A stretch of 53,830 nucleotides of DNA. It comes from an uncultured candidate division Zixibacteria bacterium. Its GTDB lineage: Bacteria; Zixibacteria; MSB-5A5; GN15; FEB-12. Below the pieces are notes generated by a model. The model was not told the DNA's origin. It did not search any database and worked only from the letters and a program-made list of their open reading frames with translations. Of the stretch, positions 8,713-17,164 are shown in pieces. Each line of letters begins with the position of its first letter. Positions within the stretch are counted from its first letter, which is position 1. The stretch lies in assembly GCA_937900185.1 (NCBI GenBank), contig CALCCW010000229.1, positions 1-53,830 of the forward strand, written 5' to 3'. Made by a program: the position numbers and the translations under genes.

Positions 8713-10303
8713 TTAATTTCTCCTTTTTCTGGTCACCACGCTTAGCAGTATTTACTTTGTCTTCCGCTGAAACATTTGTTGTTTGCGTATCTGGAACACC
8801 ACGTACTTGCTCTACTTGTGCCTTTGCTATTCTAGCTAATCTATCAGCATGTTCTTTTTCAGCTAGAGCAATTTCTTCTTCAGGATAATGTTTCAAAGTA
8901 CCAACTTTTTTCTTACTAATTAAACCTGCTTCTAAATCTGCTATAAGTATATCTTGATTTACAGTTACAATATCTAATTTATAAATTTCAGCTCTAATAA
9001 GAGATAATTGTTCTTCATCGATATTATGTGCAAGTAACAATGTTGTTATCTTATCCATTAAAGCACGTTGTGCATCTAATACCGGTATTGAAGGTATCAT
9101 CTTAAGCATTTTTGTACAACGCTCGATAGTTTTATCAAGATCTTTAATTTCATATCTTTCAGGATAGAATATAACTACTTCTCCCCCACTGCCCTCATAA
9201 CGATTCCATAAACTTGCTATATTTCTTTCACCTGTTTCCAGTACAGTTCCGATGGACGCTAAACCAGATTCTAGCCCTTCTAAATCAGCCTTTTTAGAAT
9301 CTGCTGATTCCATCTTAGCACGCATCGTTGAAACCGATAATGCGACAATTTGACGAAGCTCTTCTTTTAACTGGTCTTGTTTCTTAATAGAGGCTAATAA
9401 TGGGTCTGGTGATGGGTGAATATAACCAGGTCTATCTGAACCAATAGGATACTGACGACCATGGCGTACGCCAATTTTCTCTTTATCTACTACATCAGTT
9501 TCTTTCTTCATGAATTTATTCATTTCAGTGTTTTGATTTATCTGCTCAGTGTAGAGGGGAAAATTCGCTGAAATTAAATAATTAATATCGCTGGATGAAA
9601 TATTCATAAGTGCGATTTGGTATTTAGCTATATCCCGGAGTAGTCCATGATTTAATTCCAGTATTGTAAAAGGTACTAAACCTAATGCATTACTGACAGT
9701 ACCGCTTGGTGTTATTATTCTGTTAGGAAAAACAGTTATTTCTTCCTGTTTAGATTCAGTAATAATACCATCATTATCACGCTTATAAGAATTCCTATTT
9801 AATATAACATAGCGTAAGTTGCCATTAGTATCATAATCCCAATTCAATATGTCTTCACAACGGTAAACATAAAGATACGGTCTTGCGTCCTTGGTATCAT
9901 ATAATGTATTGCCTTCGAGTTTCGGCATATCGACAAATATTCCAACACGCCCCATACCCACTAATTCATTAAGAACTTTATTACCAATAAATGAATTCAT
10001 GGTACTACCGAAGTTGTCAACGCCACCAGATAAACCATCAATCGCAGTATTGTAAGATTGACCACCGCCGGTACGTTTAACTTCTGTAAAACGTTGGAAA
10101 ATTGCATCTTTAATATCATTAATTGCACCGCTAGCGAATGCAGGGTTTACAGTCATTGCTAAACGATATTTAAAGTCTTGTGCATCTTCCCTAGTAGAAT
10201 ATTGTTCAAGATACTTTTCAATATAAGAGTCACCACCGTTAAGTGTATCACGCCAAATACCGTACTCTGTTTTGTGTTTAATATATTCTGGATGTAAACT
10301 CAT
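8705..10303 (-). CDS. Portal protein
   Basis: 532 aa. ATGA overlap with the terL stop. The N-terminal pattern (W.D.L.GGDSY...YL......E....F..R) resembles DUF4055-type portals. Sits in the canonical position after the terminase. Confidence 0.8.
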   Translation of the reverse strand: MSLHPEYIKHKTEYGIWRDTLNGGDSYIEKYLEQYSTREDAQDFKYRLAMTVNPAFASGAINDIKDAIFQRFTEVKRTGGGQSYNTAIDGLSGGVDNFGSTMNSFIGNKVLNELVGMGRVGIFVDMPKLEGNTLYDTKDARPYLYVYRCEDILNWDYDTNGNLRYVILNRNSYKRDNDGIITESKQEEITVFPNRIITPSGTVSNALGLVPFTILELNHGLLRDIAKYQIALMNISSSDINYLISANFPLYTEQINQNTEMNKFMKKETDVVDKEKIGVRHGRQYPIGSDRPGYIHPSPDPLLASIKKQDQLKEELRQIVALSVSTMRAKMESADSKKADLEGLESGLASIGTVLETGERNIASLWNRYEGSGGEVVIFYPERYEIKDLDKTIERCTKMLKMIPSIPVLDAQRALMDKITTLLLAHNIDEEQLSLIRAEIYKLDIVTVNQDILIADLEAGLISKKKVGTLKHYPEEEIALAEKEHADRLARIAKAQVEQVRGVPDTQTTNVSAEDKVNTAKRGDQKKEKLND

Positions 10304-11982
10304 ACTCTATCTCCCATGTCTTCGTTCATACCACCATTCCATGCACATTTCAATGCAATTTCATTATAAGTACGTGTATGCATAAAATGGTCAGGTAAAC
10401 CTAAATTATCATAAATAAATATTATATTCCCCTGCTTATCTTCCTTAACAATCTTAACATTTGCTTTAAGGTGTGTTTGATATTCAATACTGATATTAGC
10501 AGGGAGCTTAATAGTTTCGTTCTTAAACTTCTTAATAACTAAATCCATCCACATGGCTCTGTTTACAGAGACCATCGGTTTCTCAATACTGGGATTAATA
10601 TCTCTGTCCATCTTAGCAACACCGTAAAAACAATAACGTACACGACCAGCGTGTCTTTTTGTAAAAGCTACAGACGCTCTCCGTTCCGGATTCGCATCAA
10701 TGACGCAATAATGTACCCCATACTGTTTCATAATGTCATCGAGTTCTTCAAAATGGTCAACACTGCCCGCATTTAAAATTTGTACTGGGTTATCATTAAT
10801 TTCACGTGAAGCTGAAAGCTCCCATGAGTCAACTTCCCAATGAATTTTTGTACCTACATCTATACCCATTGTAATAAATGTATTGAATGAATGTGCGTCC
10901 GGAAAAATGGAATAATTGCCTTTGCAAGATTCGATGTCTTCTTGACTGATTTGGTAAGATGATGGCACATGCGGTACACCCATTTTTGAGTTAAAGAATT
11001 CACGTTCTGCGTCATCATCTTCCAAACCCTTCAGAAAAGAAAGAGCGAGTTCAGCAGGAGTAATAGTAGAGGAATATAATTGATTGATATAGAAGCCACG
11101 ATTATCGCTGTCGCCGTCATTCGTTTTTTCAAATTTGCCGTCAGCTAAATATTCGTATTTGTTTTCTTGCGGAAGCGTCCCTTTACATTCACCACAGAAA
11201 ATGCGTGAACGCTTATAATCCATGTCATCTTGGTTGTCTCCGCAAATCTCGAGATTATCAAATGTTAATTCAATCTTGCGTGAACATAGTGGGCATGAGA
11301 AGAAATTGTGTTCTTGCGTCGTGTGCCTAAACATTTTATTTATTCCATAACCTTCAACTGTAGGTGTACTAATAGACCATGATTGTTTCTCGAATTGACC
11401 GCTCATACGTTCCCAAATTAATTCGATGTGTTCTTGAACCATTTGGTCAAGTTCATCAATCGCAATATTAGCTACTGGGATAGAAATTAGTTTGTTCTTT
11501 GCACGTGAACCACGAATATAAAGGTTAGCAATTCCTGCACGTTTATGACCCTTGTTCTTTGTATCAGTATATAAGTTGAGTAGGTGTGGACTGGTTTCGA
11601 TGGCGGGATCGAATCGTGATGCAGAGAAATCCCCGGCGTTGTCATCTGTTGGCAATACGTAAAGTACTGATTGTTTATGAACATCATTCTTATAGAATGT
11701 CCAATTTAATATGAGTTCGGTATAACCCATTTGAGCGGATTTCTGTCCGACATTCCTTGTAGCTAGCGAATCATGCATTTCACATAACCACGGATAATAC
11801 TGGAAGTTAAATGGTGCAGGTTCGATTGAACCACGTTTTGGCTGTATCATTCGGTATGACGTAGTCCATTCACTACAAGAGCTGATAGCACGGTGTTTTA
11901 CCGTTGCATTAAGTGTATCGGCAAATTGTGTAAAGAATGCCATACTAATTAAACCTATTGTATTTATCACTACCCATTTCAT
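10300..11982 (-). CDS. terL: Terminase large subunit, lambda GpA-like
   Basis: GQKSAQMGYTE (GpA-type Walker-A-like), VLPTDDNAGDFSASRFDPAIETSP, and an internal CPLC...CGEC zinc ribbon. Start set to ATG 11982, 1 nt after the upstream stop; the track ORF extends to 12087. Confidence 0.85.
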   Translation of the reverse strand: MKWVVINTIGLISMAFFTQFADTLNATVKHRAISSCSEWTTSYRMIQPKRGSIEPAPFNFQYYPWLCEMHDSLATRNVGQKSAQMGYTELILNWTFYKNDVHKQSVLYVLPTDDNAGDFSASRFDPAIETSPHLLNLYTDTKNKGHKRAGIANLYIRGSRAKNKLISIPVANIAIDELDQMVQEHIELIWERMSGQFEKQSWSISTPTVEGYGINKMFRHTTQEHNFFSCPLCSRKIELTFDNLEICGDNQDDMDYKRSRIFCGECKGTLPQENKYEYLADGKFEKTNDGDSDNRGFYINQLYSSTITPAELALSFLKGLEDDDAEREFFNSKMGVPHVPSSYQISQEDIESCKGNYSIFPDAHSFNTFITMGIDVGTKIHWEVDSWELSASREINDNPVQILNAGSVDHFEELDDIMKQYGVHYCVIDANPERRASVAFTKRHAGRVRYCFYGVAKMDRDINPSIEKPMVSVNRAMWMDLVIKKFKNETIKLPANISIEYQTHLKANVKIVKEDKQGNIIFIYDNLGLPDHFMHTRTYNEIALKCAWNGGMNEDMGDRV

Positions 11983-11983
11983 T

Positions 11984-12496
11984 TTACACCATATTATATT
12001 CAAGTTTCTTAATACCATTTGAAATACCAGTATTGATATTGTTAAGTAATTCCTTATCTGATATGTTATCAGATAAAACGATAGCAATCACATCTATAAT
12101 TGCTTTGATATTGTCTTCAGTAATTGCAACACGTAAATCCATACTGTGAATTGAAGAAACGATTTTTTCGATTTTCAACGCCAGTTCAGAAATGTTACCT
12201 GCCTCCATATTTAGTTCATAAGCATCGGCACATTGATTTAAACGTTCTTCCATTAATACCCGAAGTATTCCAAGTTCCTCTGCGAGGCTCTTTGTATTCG
12301 GTAAGGATGTTTTTTCATTTATACGTTCAGCCCATTTATTACGATAATATGCTTTGAGTGCTTTTTTCTTTTTATTGATATCAATTATGTTTCCACCGTG
12401 TCTGGCACAATACGGAGATTCTCCAGATTCACTTTTATAAGCAGGACGGTTGCAACCTTCCTTTTGACAAGTATTATCATTTTTAATAAATTCCAT
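11984..12496 (-). CDS. Terminase small subunit candidate (N-terminal zinc ribbon)
   Basis: 170 aa directly upstream of terL and the first gene after the large non-coding region. The call rests on position only. Confidence 0.4.
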   Translation of the reverse strand: MEFIKNDNTCQKEGCNRPAYKSESGESPYCARHGGNIIDINKKKKALKAYYRNKWAERINEKTSLPNTKSLAEELGILRVLMEERLNQCADAYELNMEAGNISELALKIEKIVSSIHSMDLRVAITEDNIKAIIDVIAIVLSDNISDKELLNNINTGISNGIKKLEYNMV

Positions 12497-12517
12497 TTTA
12501 ACCTCGTTATCTATTCC

Positions 12518-12523
12518 ATTATA
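12518..12523 (-). promoter_or_regulatory. Candidate -10 box (TATAAT on minus strand) of the late/packaging operon
   Basis: Perfect TATAAT about 22 nt upstream of ATG 12496. No good -35, so it is possibly activator-dependent. Confidence 0.3.
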
Positions 12524-12551
12524 TTAACTCTATATGTTATAAAATAAACAC

Positions 12552-12581
12552 TTTTGTTGTACAATGCGTTGTACAACAAAA
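12552..12581. promoter_or_regulatory. 13-bp perfect inverted repeat TTTTGTTGTACAA-tgcg-TTGTACAACAAAA (candidate activator/operator site)
   Basis: Centre lies about 45 bp upstream of the candidate -10. TGTACAA(C/G)TTGT-type motifs recur at 15241-15312. Confidence 0.4.
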
Positions 12582-12720
12582 CACCAATTTTCAACTAACG
12601 TTTCACAACGTAAACACTCTTTTTCTACTTAACGTTAATATATCACGTTTCAATGTAATTTCAAGCGATTTTATAAAAATAAATGCAAAATAGTTGTAAG
12701 TCGTTGTGGTGCAATGAGTA

Positions 12721-12762
12721 ACGAATGTTACTTAAACGAATGTTACTTAAACGAATGTTACC
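12721..12762. repeat. 15-bp tandem repeat ACGAATGTTACTTAA x2.8
   Basis: Copies at 12721-35, 12736-50 and 12751-62 (partial). Confidence 0.9.
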
Positions 12763-12800
12763 GGTAATGTGAGTAAACGTAAGTAATGCATTATTCTTAG

Positions 12801-12853
12801 TAACGTGAGTAAACGTAAACAGTTTAAACGTGTGTGAGTATAGGTTAAATTTA
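12801..12853 (+). repeat. Repeat element X, copy A (GTGAGTA...CAGTTTAAACG...GTGAGTA)
   Basis: About 80 percent identical, in direct orientation, to 32090-32145. A third GTGAGTAAACGTAA lies at 12769-12782. Confidence 0.85.
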
Positions 12854-12911
12854 TATGCTCTTAAACACGCTTAAAATCAATTTAAACGGTATCTGTTTAA
12901 ACGTTAGTAAT

Positions 12912-12942
12912 GATTAAACCAATATTTGATTAAACCAATATT
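12912..12942. repeat. GATTAAACCAATATT x2 (15-bp direct repeat, 1-nt spacer)
   Basis: Copies at 12912-26 and 12928-42. Confidence 0.9.
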
Positions 12943-12958
12943 AACAATTACTACTACT

Positions 12959-13040
12959 ACTTTTTCCTATACTCTATATATAAACATAACTAACAAATGT
13001 TTCCTATTGAAAAATATAAATAACAGTAGTAATAGTAAGG
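12959..13040 (+). repeat. Repeat element Y, copy A
   Basis: About 75-80 percent identical to the reverse complement of 31896-31975 (core TTTTTCCTAT(A)CTCTATATATAAACA). Confidence 0.8.
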
Positions 13041-13183
13041 CACAATATAAGTCATTGCAACACAATAACATAAGTCCATACCAATAGATATAATAGTAAT
13101 AATGAATGATAAGTCATTGCAAATCAAGCACTTGCAAGAACACGTATGCCGTGAAACCGGTATTTCGGTACATTCCAATGCTG

Positions 13184-13275
13184 ACGTTTCCAATCGTTAA
13201 CGCATAATCACTGATAACACATTGACGTTTGCTCAGAGCAATTTCGCCGTTTAACGTTTACGTTTCCAATCGTTA
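13184..13275. repeat. Two copies of ACGTTTCCAATCGTTA (13184-13199 and 13260-13275)
   Basis: Perfect 16-bp direct repeat. TAAGTCATTGCAA is also duplicated, at about 13049 and about 13109. Confidence 0.9.
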
Positions 13276-13490
13276 CTGAATCTCAAAAATGTCGGGGACA
13301 GATACCGATGAAACGCATTTTTTAACACTGGTATTATTGCGGTGTGAAACAGCGTTTAAATACGGTAAACAGCTATTTAGAGGTGAAATAGTGTTTAATA
13401 TCACCACGCTTGATACCAATATTACACTTGCTTGATACCGGTATTAACGTGGTTATATCATCGCTATAGGCACTCATATTAGGCACAGTC

Positions 13491-13628
13491 ATTATTATTA
13501 ATTAATACCAATATTAATACCAATATTAATTATTATTAATTATTATTAATTAATCTCAATATTAATTAATCTTAATATTAATCGCTATATTAATTAATTG
13601 CTATATTAATTAATCCCAATATTAATCG
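13491..13628. repeat. Extremely AT-rich degenerate tandem array (TAATACCAATAT x2, TAATTATTAT x2, then five units ending in ..ATAT, mostly TAATTAATCNCAATAT-like)
   Basis: About 140 bp with very few G/C. Candidate DNA-unwinding/iteron region. Confidence 0.85.
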
Positions 13629-13697
13629 TACTCCATGAATCCTGGTATTGCACGATACCCACATAGCTCTATCGTAAATTACCCAGCAAGATTAAGC

Positions 13698-13727
13698 GGA
13701 TCTAACTTCATTTCAGAAATTAGATCC
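13698..13727 (-). terminator. Hairpin (8-bp stem GGATCTAA/TTAGATCC, 14-nt loop) just after the stop of 13736..14563
   Basis: Called on position and stem. There is no clear U-run, so terminator function is uncertain. Confidence 0.3.
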
Positions 13728-13735
13728 ACCACGCC

Positions 13736-14563
13736 TTACTTGACAAACAACTTATCAAACTCTGAAACACTCATAACATAATCACTGTCAACCAATAGTT
13801 TCATAATTTGTTGACTGTTACTCGCTTTACTCTTATTAAGTAACGCAATAAGTGAAACAGTACTATAACTATCTACTACAGTACTTGGTAACCGATAATT
13901 GCCTTTATCGTCCTTAACGAGCTTGCCAGCAATAGCCTTAAGCTCTTTCTGATTGTCTTTGCTTTCGTGCAATTTATTAATAGACTTATTATCTATTTTC
14001 ATCAACGTGCAATCTTTCGGCAGGACATGTTCCAAAATCAAAAACCTATATTGTGTCTGAATTTGACTTTGCGTAACATTATTTAGCCGAGCTGTAACCG
14101 CTATTCCTTTACCAGATTCCACACACGGTCTTATGACTTCAAGAATTTTTAACCTGTTGAAATTCTCAATAGATAATTGCTGTGCTACATCTTTATTAAA
14201 CTGGACTAAATTCTGTATGCCAGCATACATGACATAAACATTTACGTCGACGATTTTTTTCTCCTCAATCGTTTTATCTGTTTTTTTACCGCTCCAGTTT
14301 TTACTATCGTAGTAAACTGTTTTCCCATAAAATTCTTTCAAACCGGTGAATGTTCTAGCTCCCTGACTAATATTAAGTATACTATCAACCATCCCCACAC
14401 GCAAAAAAACTGGCATCTCCATACACTCCATAGCCAGTTTAGCTTTAGGTTCGTAACGTTCCGGAGACTGATTGAACTGAATTTCTGTACTCAATGAGTC
14501 CATCAACTCACTAAATTTGACGACATTCATCCCGATCTTAAGATTCTTTACTAAATTCTTCAT
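13736..14563 (-). CDS. Hypothetical protein (last gene of the leftward early block)
   Basis: 275 aa. The N-terminal LKIGMNVVKFSELM is shared with 14666..14959 (LKIGLNEVKTSELL). Confidence 0.65.
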   Translation of the reverse strand: MKNLVKNLKIGMNVVKFSELMDSLSTEIQFNQSPERYEPKAKLAMECMEMPVFLRVGMVDSILNISQGARTFTGLKEFYGKTVYYDSKNWSGKKTDKTIEEKKIVDVNVYVMYAGIQNLVQFNKDVAQQLSIENFNRLKILEVIRPCVESGKGIAVTARLNNVTQSQIQTQYRFLILEHVLPKDCTLMKIDNKSINKLHESKDNQKELKAIAGKLVKDDKGNYRLPSTVVDSYSTVSLIALLNKSKASNSQQIMKLLVDSDYVMSVSEFDKLFVK

Positions 14564-14575
14564 TTTTAAATCCTT

Positions 14576-14650
14576 TATACGGTTTCCGTATAGTTTTGCG
14601 GTTCACTTGAACCATTATTATTTATTGTTAGCTATTCAACTATTGAATAG
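14576..14650. promoter_or_regulatory. Three consecutive short palindromes/hairpins in a 100-bp intergenic gap
   Basis: TATACGG-ttt-CCGTATA (14576-92), GGTTCA-ct-TGAACC (14600-13) and CTATTCAA-cta-TTGAATAG (14632-50). Confidence 0.5.
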
Positions 14651-14665
14651 GTTTAAGTCTCTTTG

Positions 14666-14959
14666 TTAGTCCTTATCCCTAACTATCCGAAACTTGTTTA
14701 AATTTTTTAGTCCATATTCTAAAAAATCCTGAAAATAATCTGTATATAATTTTCTCAAATTCTCTATTATTCCGATATAGTAGATTTCTGTAGAATCTAC
14801 ATTAAAAACCATATTCCTATTACCTAATATAATATCTTTATTATGATATTTTATAATAATAGGGCTGTTTAAGGGGAAAGAGTTTTTACTACAAATAATT
14901 TTTAAATTCAGTAATTCACTTGTCTTTACTTCGTTTAATCCGATTTTTAATTCTTTCAT
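14666..14959 (-). CDS. Hypothetical protein, N-terminal paralog of 13736..14563
   Basis: 97 aa. GAGG RBS upstream (AAAGAGGTGAAAAAATG). Confidence 0.6.
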   Translation of the reverse strand: MKELKIGLNEVKTSELLNLKIICSKNSFPLNSPIIIKYHNKDIILGNRNMVFNVDSTEIYYIGIIENLRKLYTDYFQDFLEYGLKNLNKFRIVRDKD

Positions 14960-15048
14960 TTTTTCACCTCTTTATTTATTGTTTTTCTCGCTGGTATAGA
15001 ATATAGTATATAGTACATAATTCAAGCCCATAAAATAATTAAATATTG

Positions 15049-15076
15049 ATATTATCTGTAAGTCATTGATAGTCAA
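15049..15076 (-). promoter_or_regulatory. Sigma70-like promoter TTGACT-16 nt-TAATAT (minus strand)
   Basis: Minus-strand read: ...ATGTTGACTATCAATGACTTACAGATAATATCAA..., about 90 nt upstream of ATG 14959. Confidence 0.5.
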
Positions 15077-15230
15077 CATATTATTTTTTGAAAAAAGTTT
15101 TAAAATTACTTGACAAAAAATAAATTATACCACAAATAGTAAACATAACCACAAAGAATTCTACAACATTTTACCGGAACAGCTAAAAACCATAAACTAT
15201 TACTATACAATTAGGGGGTTATGAACATAT

Positions 15231-15285
15231 CCTTAATTATACAACTTGTTCTTAAATGTACAACTTGTACAATTAAGGGTTTTTC
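15231..15285 (+). terminator. Imperfect 21-bp-arm hairpin followed by G-TTTTT on the plus strand (contains GTACAAcTTGTAC)
   Basis: 18 of 21 arm positions pair (15231-51 with 15258-78), followed by GTTTTTC. No plus-strand gene is known here. Confidence 0.3.
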
Positions 15286-15351
15286 TGGACAACACATTGT
15301 ACAAGTTGTTCAATTTTAAACAAACTGTTAAAAGCATACTGGTATTGCTTT

Positions 15352-16155
15352 TCAAAAACAGAGCTTTATAAACTCTATTTCTGAGTGCGATAAAGCCGTA
15401 ACGTTTTTTAACTGCCTTGAAACCTCTCTAATTTTCGCAAGTGTCCCACTTTTATCGGCTAAGCTACCGTAAAATTCCGCATATCGGCAGTTATTTATGC
15501 CATTGAACGCAAACTGGTGAATCATACCCGTATTGATATTAGTACATAAACTATATATATCTAACTGCACGCCCCAGCCTGTTCGGGAAAAATCAGTTTC
15601 TCTCTCAACGTGTTCACGTCCAGTCAAATCACCAGTTATGTAAGTAGGCATTTTACCAGTACTCACCCGCCTACCACTATAATAACCATTGACTTTCCAG
15701 TCCAATATTATCTTAGTCCCATCTTCATATAGTCCGAGAAAGTCCGGATAACCACCAACTATTATATCATTATGACCAACTTTAGCTGTAATTAACACTT
15801 CCATTGTTGCTTGAATCAACTTACCATGCTTATTACGAAGCACACGCTTCAGCATTCCTGCATCCACATACCCGCAAAACACTTTTTCAGCGGTTTCTTT
15901 CAGGTTCAGATGTGGTGCTACTTGATCATCGTAACATTCATCGAACGACTTATACGGGAAGATTACATCGCTAACAGCCTGACATATTTCCCATTTGACA
16001 AACGCATCGAACGCACTACCCAGCCCCATCGCTGGTGTTTGTTTCATTCGTGGTACGTTCATTATATAGCTTTTATACCAGTCTTCAACATTAGAATAAA
16101 AACTGTTAATACAACTCGGCGAAAGGAACTCTCTTTTCTTCTGTTCAATGCCCAT
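15352..16155 (-). CDS. RecB-family PD-(D/E)XK nuclease
   Basis: GGYPDF...ILDWK (D...DxK core) followed by QLDIY (QxxxY). The track start at 16185 was replaced by ATG 16155, which has an AGGAG RBS. Confidence 0.75.
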   Translation of the reverse strand: MGIEQKKREFLSPSCINSFYSNVEDWYKSYIMNVPRMKQTPAMGLGSAFDAFVKWEICQAVSDVIFPYKSFDECYDDQVAPHLNLKETAEKVFCGYVDAGMLKRVLRNKHGKLIQATMEVLITAKVGHNDIIVGGYPDFLGLYEDGTKIILDWKVNGYYSGRRVSTGKMPTYITGDLTGREHVERETDFSRTGWGVQLDIYSLCTNINTGMIHQFAFNGINNCRYAEFYGSLADKSGTLAKIREVSRQLKNVTALSHSEIEFIKLCF

Positions 16156-16170
16156 ATTATTTTCTCCTAT

Positions 16171-16246
16171 ATTATACAATGCCAATATTATACAATGCCA
16201 ATATTATACAATGCCAATATTATACAATGCCAATATTATACAATGC
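16171..16246. repeat. 16-bp tandem repeat ATTATACAATGCCAAT x4 plus one 12-nt partial copy
   Basis: Copies at 16171-86, 16187-202, 16203-18, 16219-34 and 16235-46. It fills the ligase-nuclease intergenic gap and contains the ligase stop codon. On the minus strand each unit reads ATTGGCATTGTATAAT. Confidence 0.95.
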
Positions 16247-17138
16247 GACCATCCTTAGGTACACCTGCATCTGTTAATTCACGGAACAATACCCGCACTG
16301 TTTCACCAATGCGATTAGATTCTCTGTCAGTATCTCCACGAGCGTTTACCTTAAACGCAACACCTGTTTCAATGTCCCGTACAATCCACGCTCCGACCTT
16401 TCCTTTATTACGACCTTTACCCTCTGTTTTGCCAGTAACTTCTACGTGGCAATCAAGAATGCCTTTCATTTTAAATATCTGTTTAGACCTCTCCGGAGAC
16501 CAAACCCACTGGGAATGTTTAAGCACAATGCCTTCACCGCCTTTTTTAATAACTGTATCACGGCGTTTCCATAGATTAGTTCCCGAATCAATGCGGATAT
16601 TGTCTATCACCGGTAGACCGTTTAGCATACTGTAAACAGTTTCCCACGGCAACAACCTCCCGCCATCTAAACAGAACTTTTCTGCCAGAAATGACATCTC
16701 CGGAATGACCCAATATTGCCCATTCGCTACACGTATCGCACGTTCGCTAAATACCATTCGATTCGGGGCGTCAAACACATTATAACTAATACATTCCCAT
16801 TCTTCCCCCGGCTCATTTTTTCTCACAATGCTCATTGTTGTTTGGAACTTACCTTTACCTGCATACAATTCACCGGTTACAGCAAATGGTGGCATCTTAT
16901 CAAGAAACCAATCAGGGGCATGAATAACTTTACCCATTCGTGACCACAATCCAGTACATTCAATATCAATATTCTTTACCTTATTTAAGTTTGCGAATGG
17001 TACGTTACTCAAGATCATTCCACGACTGTAACCGCCGTCCCAAAATGCCGACATACCATCTAATTTCTCACTCATCATCCATTGTCCAAGGATATGTTTA
17101 CTTTCATAAAAATATCCGCCTGCTAAAAATCTAGACAT
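16236..17138 (-). CDS. ATP-dependent DNA ligase
   Basis: Motif I SEKLDGM; also EGIVLK and FKMKG motifs. ATG 17138 is preceded by AGGAGG; the track start at 17174 was rejected. Confidence 0.85.
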   Translation of the reverse strand: MSRFLAGGYFYESKHILGQWMMSEKLDGMSAFWDGGYSRGMILSNVPFANLNKVKNIDIECTGLWSRMGKVIHAPDWFLDKMPPFAVTGELYAGKGKFQTTMSIVRKNEPGEEWECISYNVFDAPNRMVFSERAIRVANGQYWVIPEMSFLAEKFCLDGGRLLPWETVYSMLNGLPVIDNIRIDSGTNLWKRRDTVIKKGGEGIVLKHSQWVWSPERSKQIFKMKGILDCHVEVTGKTEGKGRNKGKVGAWIVRDIETGVAFKVNARGDTDRESNRIGETVRVLFRELTDAGVPKDGRIV

Positions 17139-17164
17139 TACTATTTCCTCCTGTGGCTTAGCCA

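Noticed and set aside
12990-13193. 67-aa minus-strand ORF in the large non-coding region.
   Set aside because: It has a low-complexity C/I/Y-rich sequence and no RBS. It runs through repeat element Y and the TAAGTCATTGCAA repeats. I treat it as non-coding.
15110-15138. Plus-strand promoter from the perfect TTGACA at 15110-15115.
   Set aside because: No acceptable -10 hexamer lies at 16-18 nt spacing (CAAATA/ACAAAT), and there is no plus-strand gene. The minus-strand TTGACT-16 nt-TAATAT at 15049-15076 is the better call.
16171-16246. Possible CRISPR array, here and for the 14-bp arrays at 21.1, 31.6 and 32.2 kb.
   Set aside because: The units are contiguous with no spacers, are only 14-16 bp long, and no cas genes are present. 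These are plain tandem repeats.
15811-16635. 274-aa plus-strand ORF.
   Set aside because: It is antisense to two well-supported minus-strand genes, the RecB-family nuclease and the ATP-dependent ligase. It has no RBS and low-complexity composition, and it runs through the 16-bp tandem repeat. It is an antisense shadow ORF.
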